A DNA stretch of 64,000 nucleotides from Trichoplax adhaerens (taxonomy: Eukaryota; Animalia; Placozoa): contig NW_002060948.1 of assembly GCF_000150275.1 (NCBI RefSeq), positions 2,286,180-2,350,179 of the forward strand, read 5' to 3'. Below the pieces are notes generated by a model. It was not told where the DNA came from, made no database searches, and worked only from the letters and a program-made list of their open reading frames with translations. Made by a program: the position numbers and the translations under genes. How positions within the stretch are numbered: the stretch's first letter is position 1; each line of letters begins with the position of its first letter. This document shows positions 52,601 to 64,000 of the stretch, piece by piece.

Positions 52601-55077
52601 CTTTGCATTATATCTTAGTTTGCTGTTATAAATTTAAAAATTCTATCTAGTAGAAATATTTATTGCTTGACTAGAATATGAATTATTTAAGGAACGAAGG
52701 GGATGGTGTAATAACTTAAAGTTATGTGACTACTGCGGTATCGTATTACTCTGTCATATCTAGGAGGAGGGATCATCCAAAGCAGATTTCAATTGCAATC
52801 ATTTTAAAGATTCTTGTTTAAAGTCACTACATGAAATTTGGAAATTCCTAAATGTTCCTAGAAATAAATTTTTCATTAGCTGGGTAAAGAATAATTGAAT
52901 AAAGCTGCTGTACTAGTTAAATAAGGACTATATATTACTAGTGTTGCCTCATGACAGAAAAGGCATCGCAGGTTGCAACTAGTTTTACATTTTTAAATAA
53001 TTTCATTCTATGTATTGGATGGCAATATTTATATATTTGGTATACAATGCCTGAAATTAGCATGAATACTTTTATTTTTGGCTTTTATATAGCTATTTTA
53101 TATTGGGTTCCTAGTATTGTACGCTATAATGATTTTACTACAGCAACTACAACCACAGATTTCATCATTGGAAATCGCTCTCTTAATTTGGCAATCTACG
53201 ATATTCATCGAATTTTCCCTGAAGGTAAAATAATTGAAACAAATTAGTCGGTATATAATAAGTGATTTGAACTATAAATTATCGACGATTAAAGATAATA
53301 ATTTAGGGCTAATTTCTTGAAATAATTTTGTGTTCTCGTTATTAGTTCCTTGGCTCCAACAAACTACGATCTAAACCACAAAAAAAAATTAAGAGGCTGT
53401 ATAAATTAGAAACAATCAACATTCTTCTCTTTTGGCTCTGTTTACTTCGATTTTTTTCAAGTCTTTTTGAAGTTGCTCGAATTTTCTATTGCTTCAATTT
53501 TGCTGTATATACCGTAAGAATTTTATCAGTCTGCAATGCAAGCGTTCACTTAGGACCAAGATTACTAATACTAAAGTCTGTGGTAGGAATGAAAATCTCT
53601 TTACTGACACTAACTACTTTTCGTCACTCATTGTGTTGCATTTAAAAACAATTCTAATCATTCTCACGTGAAGGTATATCTATAAATTGTCTGATCTATC
53701 TTCTTTGATGCTCTCATAATCTAGACGAAAGAAATTGGCTTTTTTTTGTTGTTGCTAGTTATTTTCATGATCAGTTATAGTGTGGCTAACTTCGGAATAC
53801 TACAGGCTTCACAAACGCCCCAGCAGACAATTTATTCTCTATTTGCTGTTCCATATTGGAACATGTTTGGAGAATTGGATATCGACAGGATCACAGGTGC
53901 CCTTCCTTTCATTTATTTACGTTATGTCAATAAAATAACTAAAAACTTCGTATGACAGTACAAAGAGAGTTGGAGAGTTGGCTTTATTATTTCTAGAGAT
54001 CTCAAATGAAATCGATAAAAATAGCTATTACTGAATATCTAATTTTTAGGAATGGATCAGGGCTGTTTTTTAAGTAATAGAACTATTGGCATTGATGGTA
54101 AACCTTGTCCTCGCAATATATGGCTAGCTCTACTTATGTTGGCAATCTATATGATTATAACAAACGTTTTGCTTTTGAACTTATTAATTGCCGTGTTCAA
54201 GTAAATAATTAGTAAACTTAATAATGTTTAAAACAATCTGATTATACTTATAGATCTAATCATTTTAATCTTTAACAGTCCATAGTCTACGGTATTACAA
54301 GAGTAATTTTATTTGCTTCCTTTTCGAATTGCAGCTATAAAATCAATTGATTCGGATAATTTAAATTGCATTTTAGCAATATTTTCACAGAGGTTGATCA
54401 AAATTCTAAAGAACTTTGGAAATATCATCGATATGAGATGATTCTGAAATATAAACGCAAATCACCCTTTCCTTCTCCCTTTTCCATCATTGGTATCTTA
54501 ATAAATTGTTGTCGAGGAAAATTAGGGGCAGTAGATCAAGAAGGGCGTAAGTGTAATAGATAATTGATAGTGCTGCAATTTCAATATAATCGCTAATGAA
54601 AGTTAGCAGTAGCACTAACAAAAATGTCCGATACTGAGCAACATAAGTAATCCATTCTCAGTCGAATTCGATAAAGGCTATTCTAATTCATGAATTAATA
54701 AATTAATTATTATCAAATACCAATCACTTCAGCATCCACAGCCAAGCAACGTGAACACAAGTTATTTCTAAAATTTGAAGTAAACTGCTATCGACAAATG
54801 CTAAGGAAAAATTTAGTAGCTTCTGAACTAGGCACGACTAAGGAAAATGAAAAATCTAGGTAGTATTTGAAAAGCCTATTAGCTAACCCTAATGATTCTC
54901 GTAGTGGCTATTCGAGAAATTTATTGTGTTATTCATATAGTTACCTTGTTTCTTTATCTTAGCTATGCCGATGAAATTGATGCCCAAGTAGATGTCTCAG
55001 ATTCAGAAAATTCATCAGAAAGACAAGCAACAAACAGAGCAGATAATAATTCTAAAACATCAATAACGTGTGTTTAA
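46603..55077 (+). CDS. Transient receptor potential melastatin (TRPM) family cation channel
   Basis: Multi-exon gene. MHR motifs CTCG...PTDAYGSIEF, VILSIGGG, WLLTCG, CIGVAPWG, LDPYHTHFLLVDDGSHGRYGTEIEFRAMLE, VVLEGGP, IEGSGRA. S1-S6 with pore PYWNMFGELD, S6 NVLLLNLLIAVF and TRP box WKYHRY. Last exon 54963-55077. The start exon 46603-46632 (MSTMDKVDDP) is less certain. Confidence 0.93.
49554..49710. repeat. Intronic direct duplication, period about 88 bp
   Basis: CGTTGAGAAGTTA..ATTACTAAAA.TTG.GTT...CTATTTAA...ATAAAATGAT..TAGT occurs twice in a TRPM intron. Confidence 0.85.
50447..50795. repeat. Intronic tandem array, about 4 units of 80-90 bp
   Basis: Recurring TTTATT.TTTTTGATAAAT.A.CTT...TTTCGATAATTT.ATAC...ATTAATTAATCAAG.TGA, ending at the TRPM acceptor near 50796. 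Confidence 0.85.
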
Positions 55078-56398
55078 GGAGTTGCAATGCTTTGTCTATC
55101 TCTTGATCAGGTGTCAGTCCTTAATCTTTGATTCTTTTAAATTTATTAAAAATTATTTTATGAGTTCTATGCATGATAAATCTATTATCACAACACTACA
55201 TTGATAGGGGTACCTATGGACATTAATTTATACAGAATAATTTGGTATTTTTGTATAATGATGTAACAAATACACATCGTATAATTAATATTTTTTGAAA
55301 AGGAATATACACACTTCAATATGTAATTCAGAAATCGTAAATATATACCTTTAGAAATTTCATTTCTTACATTTTAGTATTTATTAATTTAATTTAAATC
55401 AATAAGATCAGCTTATCTTGATGGAGTACTTAAAATTAAAGTGAATGTCAGAGCAAACCTTAACTATAGTTCTGAACCTTCACATGAAAATCGAGGGTAC
55501 ATATTGATAGCTCTGGACTGATTTCTATAATCTGATAGATCACTTAAAAGGTATATTTCAAAAATTTTATTGGATTTAAGGAATCATTTGGTAGCTAGAA
55601 CTCTGATGTACTTATGATATTTTAGATTAAATTGTTACAGTAATGCCCTATGAGACTTGAAAAAGAAATGTTGATATCAATAAATTGCCATAGTTGATTA
55701 TCTTCTAAGCTGCATGCAATATAGATTATAAACGCAAGCTTTTATTATTAGTTTTTAAATTCAGTAGCATAAGTCCAACAGTCTACATGTTGAGTTCATG
55801 ATGGCTACAGTTGTTGCTTTTGTAAAAGCCAGCAATACCTACAGGTATGCAATCGAATTGGTACACTGTGATAGTGAATTTCTATTTCAAATTACATTTA
55901 TTCAGAATTAAATCACTGACTTAATCCAAAATCTGCTATTGACCCTTCATACATATTTGATGGATGACCGAGTATACGCACTGTACATTAATGTTGAGCA
56001 TTCTATTAAAGGTATTTATCCAATCAGGTAGGTTATCTACCAATATAGATACCGAAAAGCGTGAATTTTTAGTAAATTATTCCAAATTTAGATGATGAAA
56101 AGCCTTCAAATAAGAGTAAAAATACCCATACATATCAGTACATAAACAGTAAATGCCTCCATAGAAATATCAAAATTGGCAAAGCCTGATTTGATCTAGT
56201 GTCTGGATATCAGTTTTCAGCAAAATAGAGCAATTTTAATGACCCGCTAAAACTATAATTTTAGCACATAGTACCTTTATACTTTTAAAATCCTTCAGTA
56301 TAAATATAATATGCATACTTATTACAGTGCAGTGAACATGGAAAAATTTTATAGATATCCTAGAATATAATCTCCGCAAATAATAAATCATATTATGA

Positions 56399-59300
56399 TC
56401 ACTTGTTATCCTGGTTTAAGCATTTGACAAACTCTACCAATCTACTCTGTATGTGCTTGACTTTTTCTGTAAGATAAAAAAAATACAGTTACATCAGGAT
56501 AGACCCTAATTTACAGTACAAGCATTTCAGAAAATATATACGGTTAAGGTAAAAGGAGGTCTTACTTAGTTTTTCAGCTAGAATAACTTGATCTCCAGTA
56601 AGAAGTTTCTTTTTACAGCTATCATCATCCTCTATTTCGTCAAGCGCTTGCTTCGCTTCTTCTTCTAGTCTTCCAAATTCATGGTTTACTACTTGTTGCC
56701 GTAAAAATCTGCTGCTACTGTTCAGCATTGATTGCATTCTCCAAAATAATACTACGGCATCGCATTGCAACTATAATTTTTAGAGTACATGTAGAGAATA
56801 TTATTATTGTTAGGCATTGTTTCGCATACCTTCCCATTTATGTCTTACCTCATCATTTCCTAACTTCCGGTGAAAAAATGCACCTTTGCATTCTTGGGCT
56901 TCCGCTATAGCCATCTGCAAAAAATGCTTTCGATACTGCAAGCGCCATATCTCTTCAATCTTAATCATAATAGAAAGATATACTAATGAATCGAAAATGA
57001 CAGTTGCTATACGATTACAAATATTTACCAGTTCTTCCGAAACCGTATGTCCTTGCGTTTCTAGGTTTCTTTTTACCATTATTACTTCATCGAAATCTAA
57101 GTGTGACTTATGACTCTATTAAACAATATATTTAGCGCATTAACCTAACAATTTCTTGAATATATGGCTTATAACTAATAAAGGAAAGAAAAGGCTACCT
57201 TTCGACTTTGTAGCAATTTTTGAAATTCTAATCCTGCTGCTTGTCGTAACAGCTACAAATACGATCGCAAGGCTAAATTAGCTAAGAGTTATCGTTTTAT
57301 TGCTCTAAAACAGCTGATAATGCAAGAAAAATATACTGTACTAATCTCAATGACTAGTAAATATACCTGCTCAGGTGTGGTTGATCTCCATGACATCCAC
57401 CTTTCAGTGAAGTTAGGGCCTGTTAGTTGGTTCCACTCATTAATTGCTTGCTTAAGTTTATCGTTTAAAGTTTCTTCCAAGAATTTAGCTGCAGATTCCC
57501 ATTGTTGTTTGTCAGGAACTGATAAATCTTCCAGTGCATTTGACTGGATGACATGCTGCGAAGCAATAATGCGACCAATTACACATTGTGATGGTTCAAT
57601 GAAATATAACGCTAAAACTAACTCACCATTTTTTCAATATTATTGTTTGAGATGGTATGATTTCTGTTACAAATATTAATAACAGCTTCTTTCAGATCAT
57701 CAAATAGCTTGTTATCTACGCTAGACATTCCAGCACTTCGGGAGACAGCAACGTTCTAATGCCCAAGTCAAGTATAGCCAGGCGATATCTTAAAATTTTT
57801 ATAGCAGGAAATCAATTACATAGTTAAGAGGTACTAATACCTTTCGCAAAGCAGCTGCAAATTCATCCAGTAACGTTTCCCATCCAATCTGTGTACATCC
57901 GGCATGGTAGAAACTTACATCAGATACATAGTAGAATATCAAATTTTAAATTAGAATAGTGCAACATACCGTAACACAGTTGCCGGATAAGTGGGACTTT
58001 GACCATTCTTTTAACTTGATATCGGCATAGGTATTAAATTTACTAAAATGAACTGATTATTAGTTTCCTTGCATTTATAAGATTACGTGGGATATGCTGT
58101 ACAATAGGAGCACATTCATACCTAGATGACTCCGTTTGTGCAGCTGGAATATAAATATTTTCTACAAAATGTTCTGAAATGCTGAGCCATAGTTTATCCT
58201 TGAGTTTCGTCTCCCTATAAATATTTATGATAGATACATAAGCAATGATATAAAATAATTACAAATAAGTGACTTTCCAACACATACCATTCCATCGGTT
58301 GCAGTTGACTTAAAGTTAAGACCGTATCTAATATTTCAGCTTTACCTCGATCGAATAATTCATTCTATAACAAAATTATAGTATCGAAATATTTTACTCC
58401 TAATACGTATATAAGCAAGGGCCTACTATTATTTGCAAAACAAACCCTATCAAGCTCTCTCCTTCCAGGAAATCTATTTTTCCATTCAGTTTCTAAGTTG
58501 AATCGGATAGCTAGTCGAAATTGACATATGAAAATTGAATATTAGACGTTAGAGCAGTTAATACGTATAAAACAGAAGTGCATAAAAATAGTGAAACATT
58601 GGAAGTATTTCATGTAGACAAACCTTGGTAACTATCAGATTGTTGTTCTACTGATTCCTTCACCATTTTCCAAAAGCACTCAGAAACTGCACGGCTAAGA
58701 TTTTGAGTATTCATTTGTGTAGCCTTGATAACGTTACTTCTGTATCATCATAGCAAATATACATGAGTAACAAATCACAAGATGCCAGTTTATAGTTTAC
58801 AGTACTATAATAATTGAGTTACTCATGCAAGATATAACGAACCTAAATAGTTTAGAATTTCTGAAGTATTCTTCTTCATGTTGTCTAATAGTCTCAATGC
58901 TGTCTTCGGTGTTACCTTTAAATTTTTCAATAAGGAGTCAACGATTTACAAGACAGAAATGCACATCATTTTGTGATACTAACCTCTACCGGTAACAACA
59001 GCAAAATAACCTAGAGCCTTCATTGGAAATAGTCGTCCTTCCAAAGTTTTCTTTATCTGATCAACAAGAACGGAACAATTTTTAGAGTATCCGTGTAAAA
59101 TAAATAAATATAATACAGCGCCAGCTTTGATTGCTTAATAACATACTCTATCTGGGTTAGCTAGCGATTTCTCTGCCAGATCAGCTTTAGTAAGAACAAA
59201 AATGGTCCTCTTTCCTAAAGTCAGACAGAAGACGCTATATAAGGATAAAAACTGATTCTATTGAAATTTAGACAATTCGACTTGCCATACCTTGCTTATC

Positions 59301-62300
59301 AACGGAGTTGACAAGGTCGGTAACTATACTTCGTTCAGCATCTACGGAACCATCTAAAAACGCATATAATGTATAAGGAAAATATAAATTCTTCTTAACG
59401 GCTACTATGCTAGCTATTACCGGCAGTAACTCTTTAATTGTTATACAACTACTCATTTTTGTTACCTTGAATACATAAAATGATGGAATTTGGATTTTTC
59501 ATGTATTTTCTAAGCAACAGCATACAATTTAATGCTTAATTACAAATTTAGTAACAATATTCAAAATAAAAATAAAAACAACGAACTTGCTCATTTCAAT
59601 AATGTCTTCTCTGGTACTTGTAGCCATTCCAGCTGTTACCGTCTGTAGTAAGGTGATCATAAGAAATGCCAAGTCATTAATAGATCGAAATAATTTTTGT
59701 TAATTAGCACAAACAAATGATTACACTAATTATTCCGGGCAGGTCTACGAGAACCATTCTCTGTAATCCAGGTCCTTTAACACTCATTGAAATAGTCTAT
59801 AGTTGTAAGTACCCAATATATGCGAATTAATTGTAAGTTATTAGCTAGTGCAAGTGAGGTATCGACATTACCGATCTAGATACTAGCATCTACAATAATA
59901 TACGCATAAATAGTACTTACTTCATGGCTAACTGTCTGCCCATTTTGAACGCTGGCTTTCATCCTTCTTTCAACTTCTTGTCTAAGGGCGTTCAACTATA
60001 GGTAATCCATCATAACGGATAGTGTTTTATAGTTAAATTTGGTTAGAATAAAGTGATAATACAGTATTGGCGTGGTATATACCTCAGGCTCCTGATTTAA
60101 GTCATACTCTCGGTCGTTGTTTTTAAATTGTGCAATATGGCGCGGACCTTCAGATAAAGTTACCATAACAGGAGATCTTGTCATCATTTCACCAGAGCCT
60201 CTGGGAAATATTCTTGCTCTTGCAATCATTTCTAGGACACTGGTCTTACCAGCACTTTGATCACCGACAACGACAACCTGAAATATATATTTCGAAATTA
60301 ATACAGGGAATGTGGTTATGGAGAAATTCATCAAAAAGGAATTGGAAAACTAAAACGTAAACAAATTTTGGGTGATTATACGTGTATTACATATAACTAG
60401 CTAGTGGTAGAGGAAACTAATATACCCGGGGTAAGCTATCCTGGGTATCATAATTGGCGTCGTAGTCAGCCAATAAATCCAATACATCTGAATACATGTC
60501 AATCAGAGATTTCTTGATATATTTAGCTTTTTCACTTTTTCCCATCTTCAATATTTGCTGTCGTAAGTCTCTATTAGTCTTTTCAAGCCTAAAAGGAGCA
60601 TTGAATGTCAGGAAATAGTATATTATTGTTGGATGCATACCTACATAAACTTTTCTACATCTATATGCGTAATTTATCTATTTCATATACGCATAAACAC
60701 ATAATTACATTAAAATTTGCTAACAATTTCTGCCAATGGAGAACTAAAATAACCATATTTATCATTCTTTTACACAGTATTTTCTATTCTTACTTGTCAA
60801 TTTCATGTTGTAAGCGTTGTTGAATTTCTACTAATTCACGTTCGGCCTTATCAGCCCTTTCTTTTAGGCTTTCTTTATCCGCTGCATCTTCACTCATAAA
60901 ACTGTTCTTAGGTACTGTATGGTCTTCATTGGAATTATTATTATTATCTTTGTTAAATACATCTGAAAAGATCATTTTTAAAGTAAGCCTTTTGAAGGAA
61001 ACAGCAATCGATATCAAGATCAGATCCACATCGTCAATTCTTATTTAAATTTACTCTCAAGAAAGGACTTGCTGGCTTGGGTTTTGTCGCTATCGGCGGA
61101 TTCTATCAATAATGCAAGAGCTGATTAGTTCATAACAGTAACAATTTAATTTTCTGGATATAGTGTAGCCTTATTTACTACTGAAATGATGTACATATCT
61201 ATCTTGACGATAAGTAGATCAAATGAGTACGCTAATGGCCATAAACACTTATATACGAGTAATAATAACATTTTTGACTCTTCTAAGTAATCAATCATCA
61301 CTGTAGTAGTTACAAGTTCGATTGGAATTTAAAACTACCATAAAACTTACGTAGCATTTGAGATAGTGTAGTTTTAATTCGAGCCAACGAATCGCTTAAG
61401 CCATTGGCCCAGGTTAAGTCAGGTAAAGAGCTTTTTAATGCGTCATATTTCTGTAGTGAATTAAATGGTTTGAAGAATAGTATTTTGATTAGTTAATTCG
61501 AGATACGAAACAGTAATTACTATTTCTGTTGCAACCAATGAAGAAGTTAATAACGGTATTTTCATCAACTCATTTAAAGTATGAGCTAGCTATCATATTA
61601 GTACCATTACCAACGAAATTGTTTAAACTATTTAAGCAGATTAAATCGGGTCAAGAGCTATTAAAAGAGTTTATAAACTAGTCTTATTTCTACAATAGAT
61701 TGAATAGTTGTTAGGCAAGGTACGAGTATTGCTATTATTTCTTTTGGAGTGTGAGTTAACCATTTTAACTAGGCATTAACAACGTGTTATCCGAAAAACT
61801 GAGTTAATTATATGATCAATCGATACACTGTCAGTTGCATCCATTTACCACTTTGACATAAACTCCAATACCAACAGCGGAACCAAGAATAATATATCGT
61901 GGTTTGACCAGCCATAGAAAGGGAAAGGAAGTGGTTCCTTTGGTAGTCTTTTGGCTACAATATCGCCTTAACCATTGTCGTTGTCGACCATTACAAGGTC
62001 TGTGGTTATTGAGTACAGGAGTAGCGATGGATCTCGATCGCACCCTAGATAGAATATGGATCCAATTTCAAAATTACTCTACTATTACAATAAACGACGA
62101 ACATTGTGTATAGCGAGTAACTTATTTCAAAGATTTATCAAGTTGACTACGGTCAAAAGTAATTATGGAGCATGATGCAATGGCTAAGCATATTGAATTT
62201 AATCGTCGACGCTACAAGGCGTAGTAGTGCTACGATGGTACCTATTATCGTTATAATTGAAGTCCTTTTTGTAAAATTTTAGTCTCTTTTACCGTCGTTA

Positions 62301-62547
62301 AAAGTAATGTATCATTTATGAAAGATATTTTATGAAGAATTGGATCAATATCAAAACGTTCAATCAAAGTATAGTGGCATAGACTAAATTATAGAGGCAT
62401 ATTCTCGATGCATGGGAAATTTGCAATGACATCATCAACAGTACAAGTATCTGGCCTATCGACTCGATATCTTATTGCATAACGCCTAACAGACATTATC
62501 TTAAGATCAGTACTCTACCTGCAGGTATAGGTGCATAATCTATACAT
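56399..62547 (-). CDS. OPA1: Dynamin-like GTPase OPA1, mitochondrial
   Basis: First exon 62547-62519 ([10 protein letters not shown]) joins a basic presequence-like stretch and a TM segment ([16 protein letters not shown]). Conserved [16 protein letters not shown]1 [37 protein letters not shown]3 [23 protein letters not shown]4 [41 protein letters not shown]...LRQQV; stop at 56399-56401. Confidence 0.97.
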
Positions 62548-62699
62548 TCGATTGGATCGATGTCACCAATTGAGCAGTGAATGATCAAGTTGTAAAAGCA
62601 AGAAAGAATAAGGTCAGTGCCTTCCCTGAAAGCACCAAGATGGAGGTCGTTAACCGAAAAGTCTCCAGTTTATCTAACAGTCAAGTCGAAGAGTTGTTA

Positions 62700-63005
62700 T
62701 GGTGCAGTACAGTGTACAGTACAAAGTGAACCAAAGTGTACTGTACTGTACTGTACGTACTGTACGGAATACACGGACTGCACTGTACGGACTATACGGA
62801 CTGTACTGTACAGTACAAACCGCGTGGACAGTACGGACTACAGTACTGTATACTGTACAGTACTGTACCGTGCCGTACTGTACTGTACTGTACAGTACAG
62901 TGCCTTCCAAAATACTGTACTGTACAGTGTACACTGTACACTGTAAATCTACAGCTGGACGGGACGGGAATTCCCTACCCATGGTACTTTACAGGTACGG
63001 TACGG
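62700..63005. repeat. Palindromic pentamer array (TACAG/CTGTA)n upstream of OPA1
   Basis: Dense GTACA/TGTAC units in both orientations. Perfect 20-bp palindrome TGTACAGTGTACACTGTACA at 62921-62940 and GTACAGTACTGTAC at 62855-62868. Confidence 0.92.
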
Positions 63006-64000
63006 CATAGTATATGGCTAATATTGGTCAGTAGACCAGCCATCGACAGGCCATGGATTTCTAGAAGTAGCTAGAAGTCCATCGCTGAGTGGAAACCTTG
63101 TCAAAATATCGTCAGGCCATCATTTAAAACTTGCGATATTAATTTGTTCATTCTGTGTTTACCTGACTTTAAAACTAGCAAATAAACGATGCTGTACGTC
63201 CTAATGTCCCTAAAATACTTTTATTGTAAAAATCGATAGTGAATGATTAACGTCAGCCCCGGAGGATTGCCAGTTGCAAATGAAACCACTGAAACCAATT
63301 TTCCTCTTCTTGTCATATTAAATGACTATACTATGATGTCATTGCCCATAAGTAGCGAAAGCCTTTACCCTACCTCTAAGCTTAAGCACTTAACCAGGCT
63401 TCAAAAGTACGAGTTGTCTATCACTTTTAAAATTGTCTTGTGTCATGCACAGGCGGGATAAGATATTTTTCTCAAGTACTACATCGATCTGATGCACTTT
63501 ACTTTAGGTACAAGATATTTTGCATAGATTAGCCTCACTGGATGGTATAAGACATTTTTTCCATCAAAATGGATGTGTGTATATTACATATTACAGCATT
63601 CTCTTTTAGCAACAAGACAAAAAAAGAAGTCAAAAGTAAAGTGTCTACTTGCTAGTAACATTCTGATGAGTGCTTTTGTAGTTTAGTTATCTCACTGTTG
63701 AGTTACTACGGTATATACGGGTGGGTTGATTATATTATACTGCACACTCTGTACTATATTAATAGTACTGTATAGTATAAAAATATCTTATAATAGATCA
63801 GTTACTGATATTCTTCAACCAATGGATAGTGTAAAAATATCAGAATCATTCATTTTAGAAATAATTAACCAATAGACCATTTATTGATTCATTAACATTT
63901 TACACAGGATTATTATGATAGGCTTATTCAATATGTAAACGTTCTAGTGGTAGGTGAGTTATGATCGCCTATGCGGTATCGTTATAGATTTGCAGTTATA

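Noticed and set aside
59581-59600. Apparent GC-AG intron in OPA1 (ATGA|GCAAGT)
   Set aside because: The frame is restored by the canonical GT donor four bases further on, giving MSKKYMKNPN.
62966-62975. Perfect NF-kB-like palindrome GGGAATTCCC
   Set aside because: A single 10-mer inside a palindrome-rich tract, with no supporting context.
62617-63074. Four overlapping ORFs of more than 100 aa rich in C/T/V/Y/L
   Set aside because: They arise because the TACAG/CTGTA pentamer array lacks stop codons; no protein features.
120-64000. Most short ORFs in the six-frame track (for example 120-395, 22230-22562, 24249-24518, 57320-57679)
   Set aside because: They are antisense shadows of real exons, intron read-through or AT-rich noise with no recognisable domains.

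Overview
AT-rich, intron-rich eukaryotic DNA from an animal with a compact genome. Gene content, short introns and base composition suggest a placozoan such as Trichoplax; that identification is an inference. Eight spliced protein-coding genes were reconstructed by hand from GT-AG exon chains: an ankyrin-repeat protein (+), GTF2H2/TFIIH p44 (-), AP2M1 (+), a secreted collagen-C1q protein of the adipolin/erythroferrone (FAM132) family (-), CEP19 (-), a HES1-like bHLH-Orange-WRPW repressor (+), a TRPM channel (+) and OPA1 (-). Main points of interest: (1) AP2M1, CEP19, HES and OPA1 are all linked on human 3q27-29, and the FAM132 paralogues sit beside HES paralogues on 1p36.33 and 2q37.3, which points to an ancient HES-centred linkage block. 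(2) The HES upstream region has a CSL/Su(H) site and a perfect E(spl)/HES palindrome, the layout of a Notch-driven negative-feedback loop. (3) A palindromic (TACAG)n/(CTGTA)n motif clusters at housekeeping-gene promoters, with one 21-mer identical at GTF2H2 and OPA1. (4) The TRPM has a degenerate Ca2+ site and no C-terminal enzyme domain. Also present: hairpin repeats, an integrase-like relic, an 11-nt microexon and several tandem duplications. No rRNA, tRNA or CRISPR could be supported.
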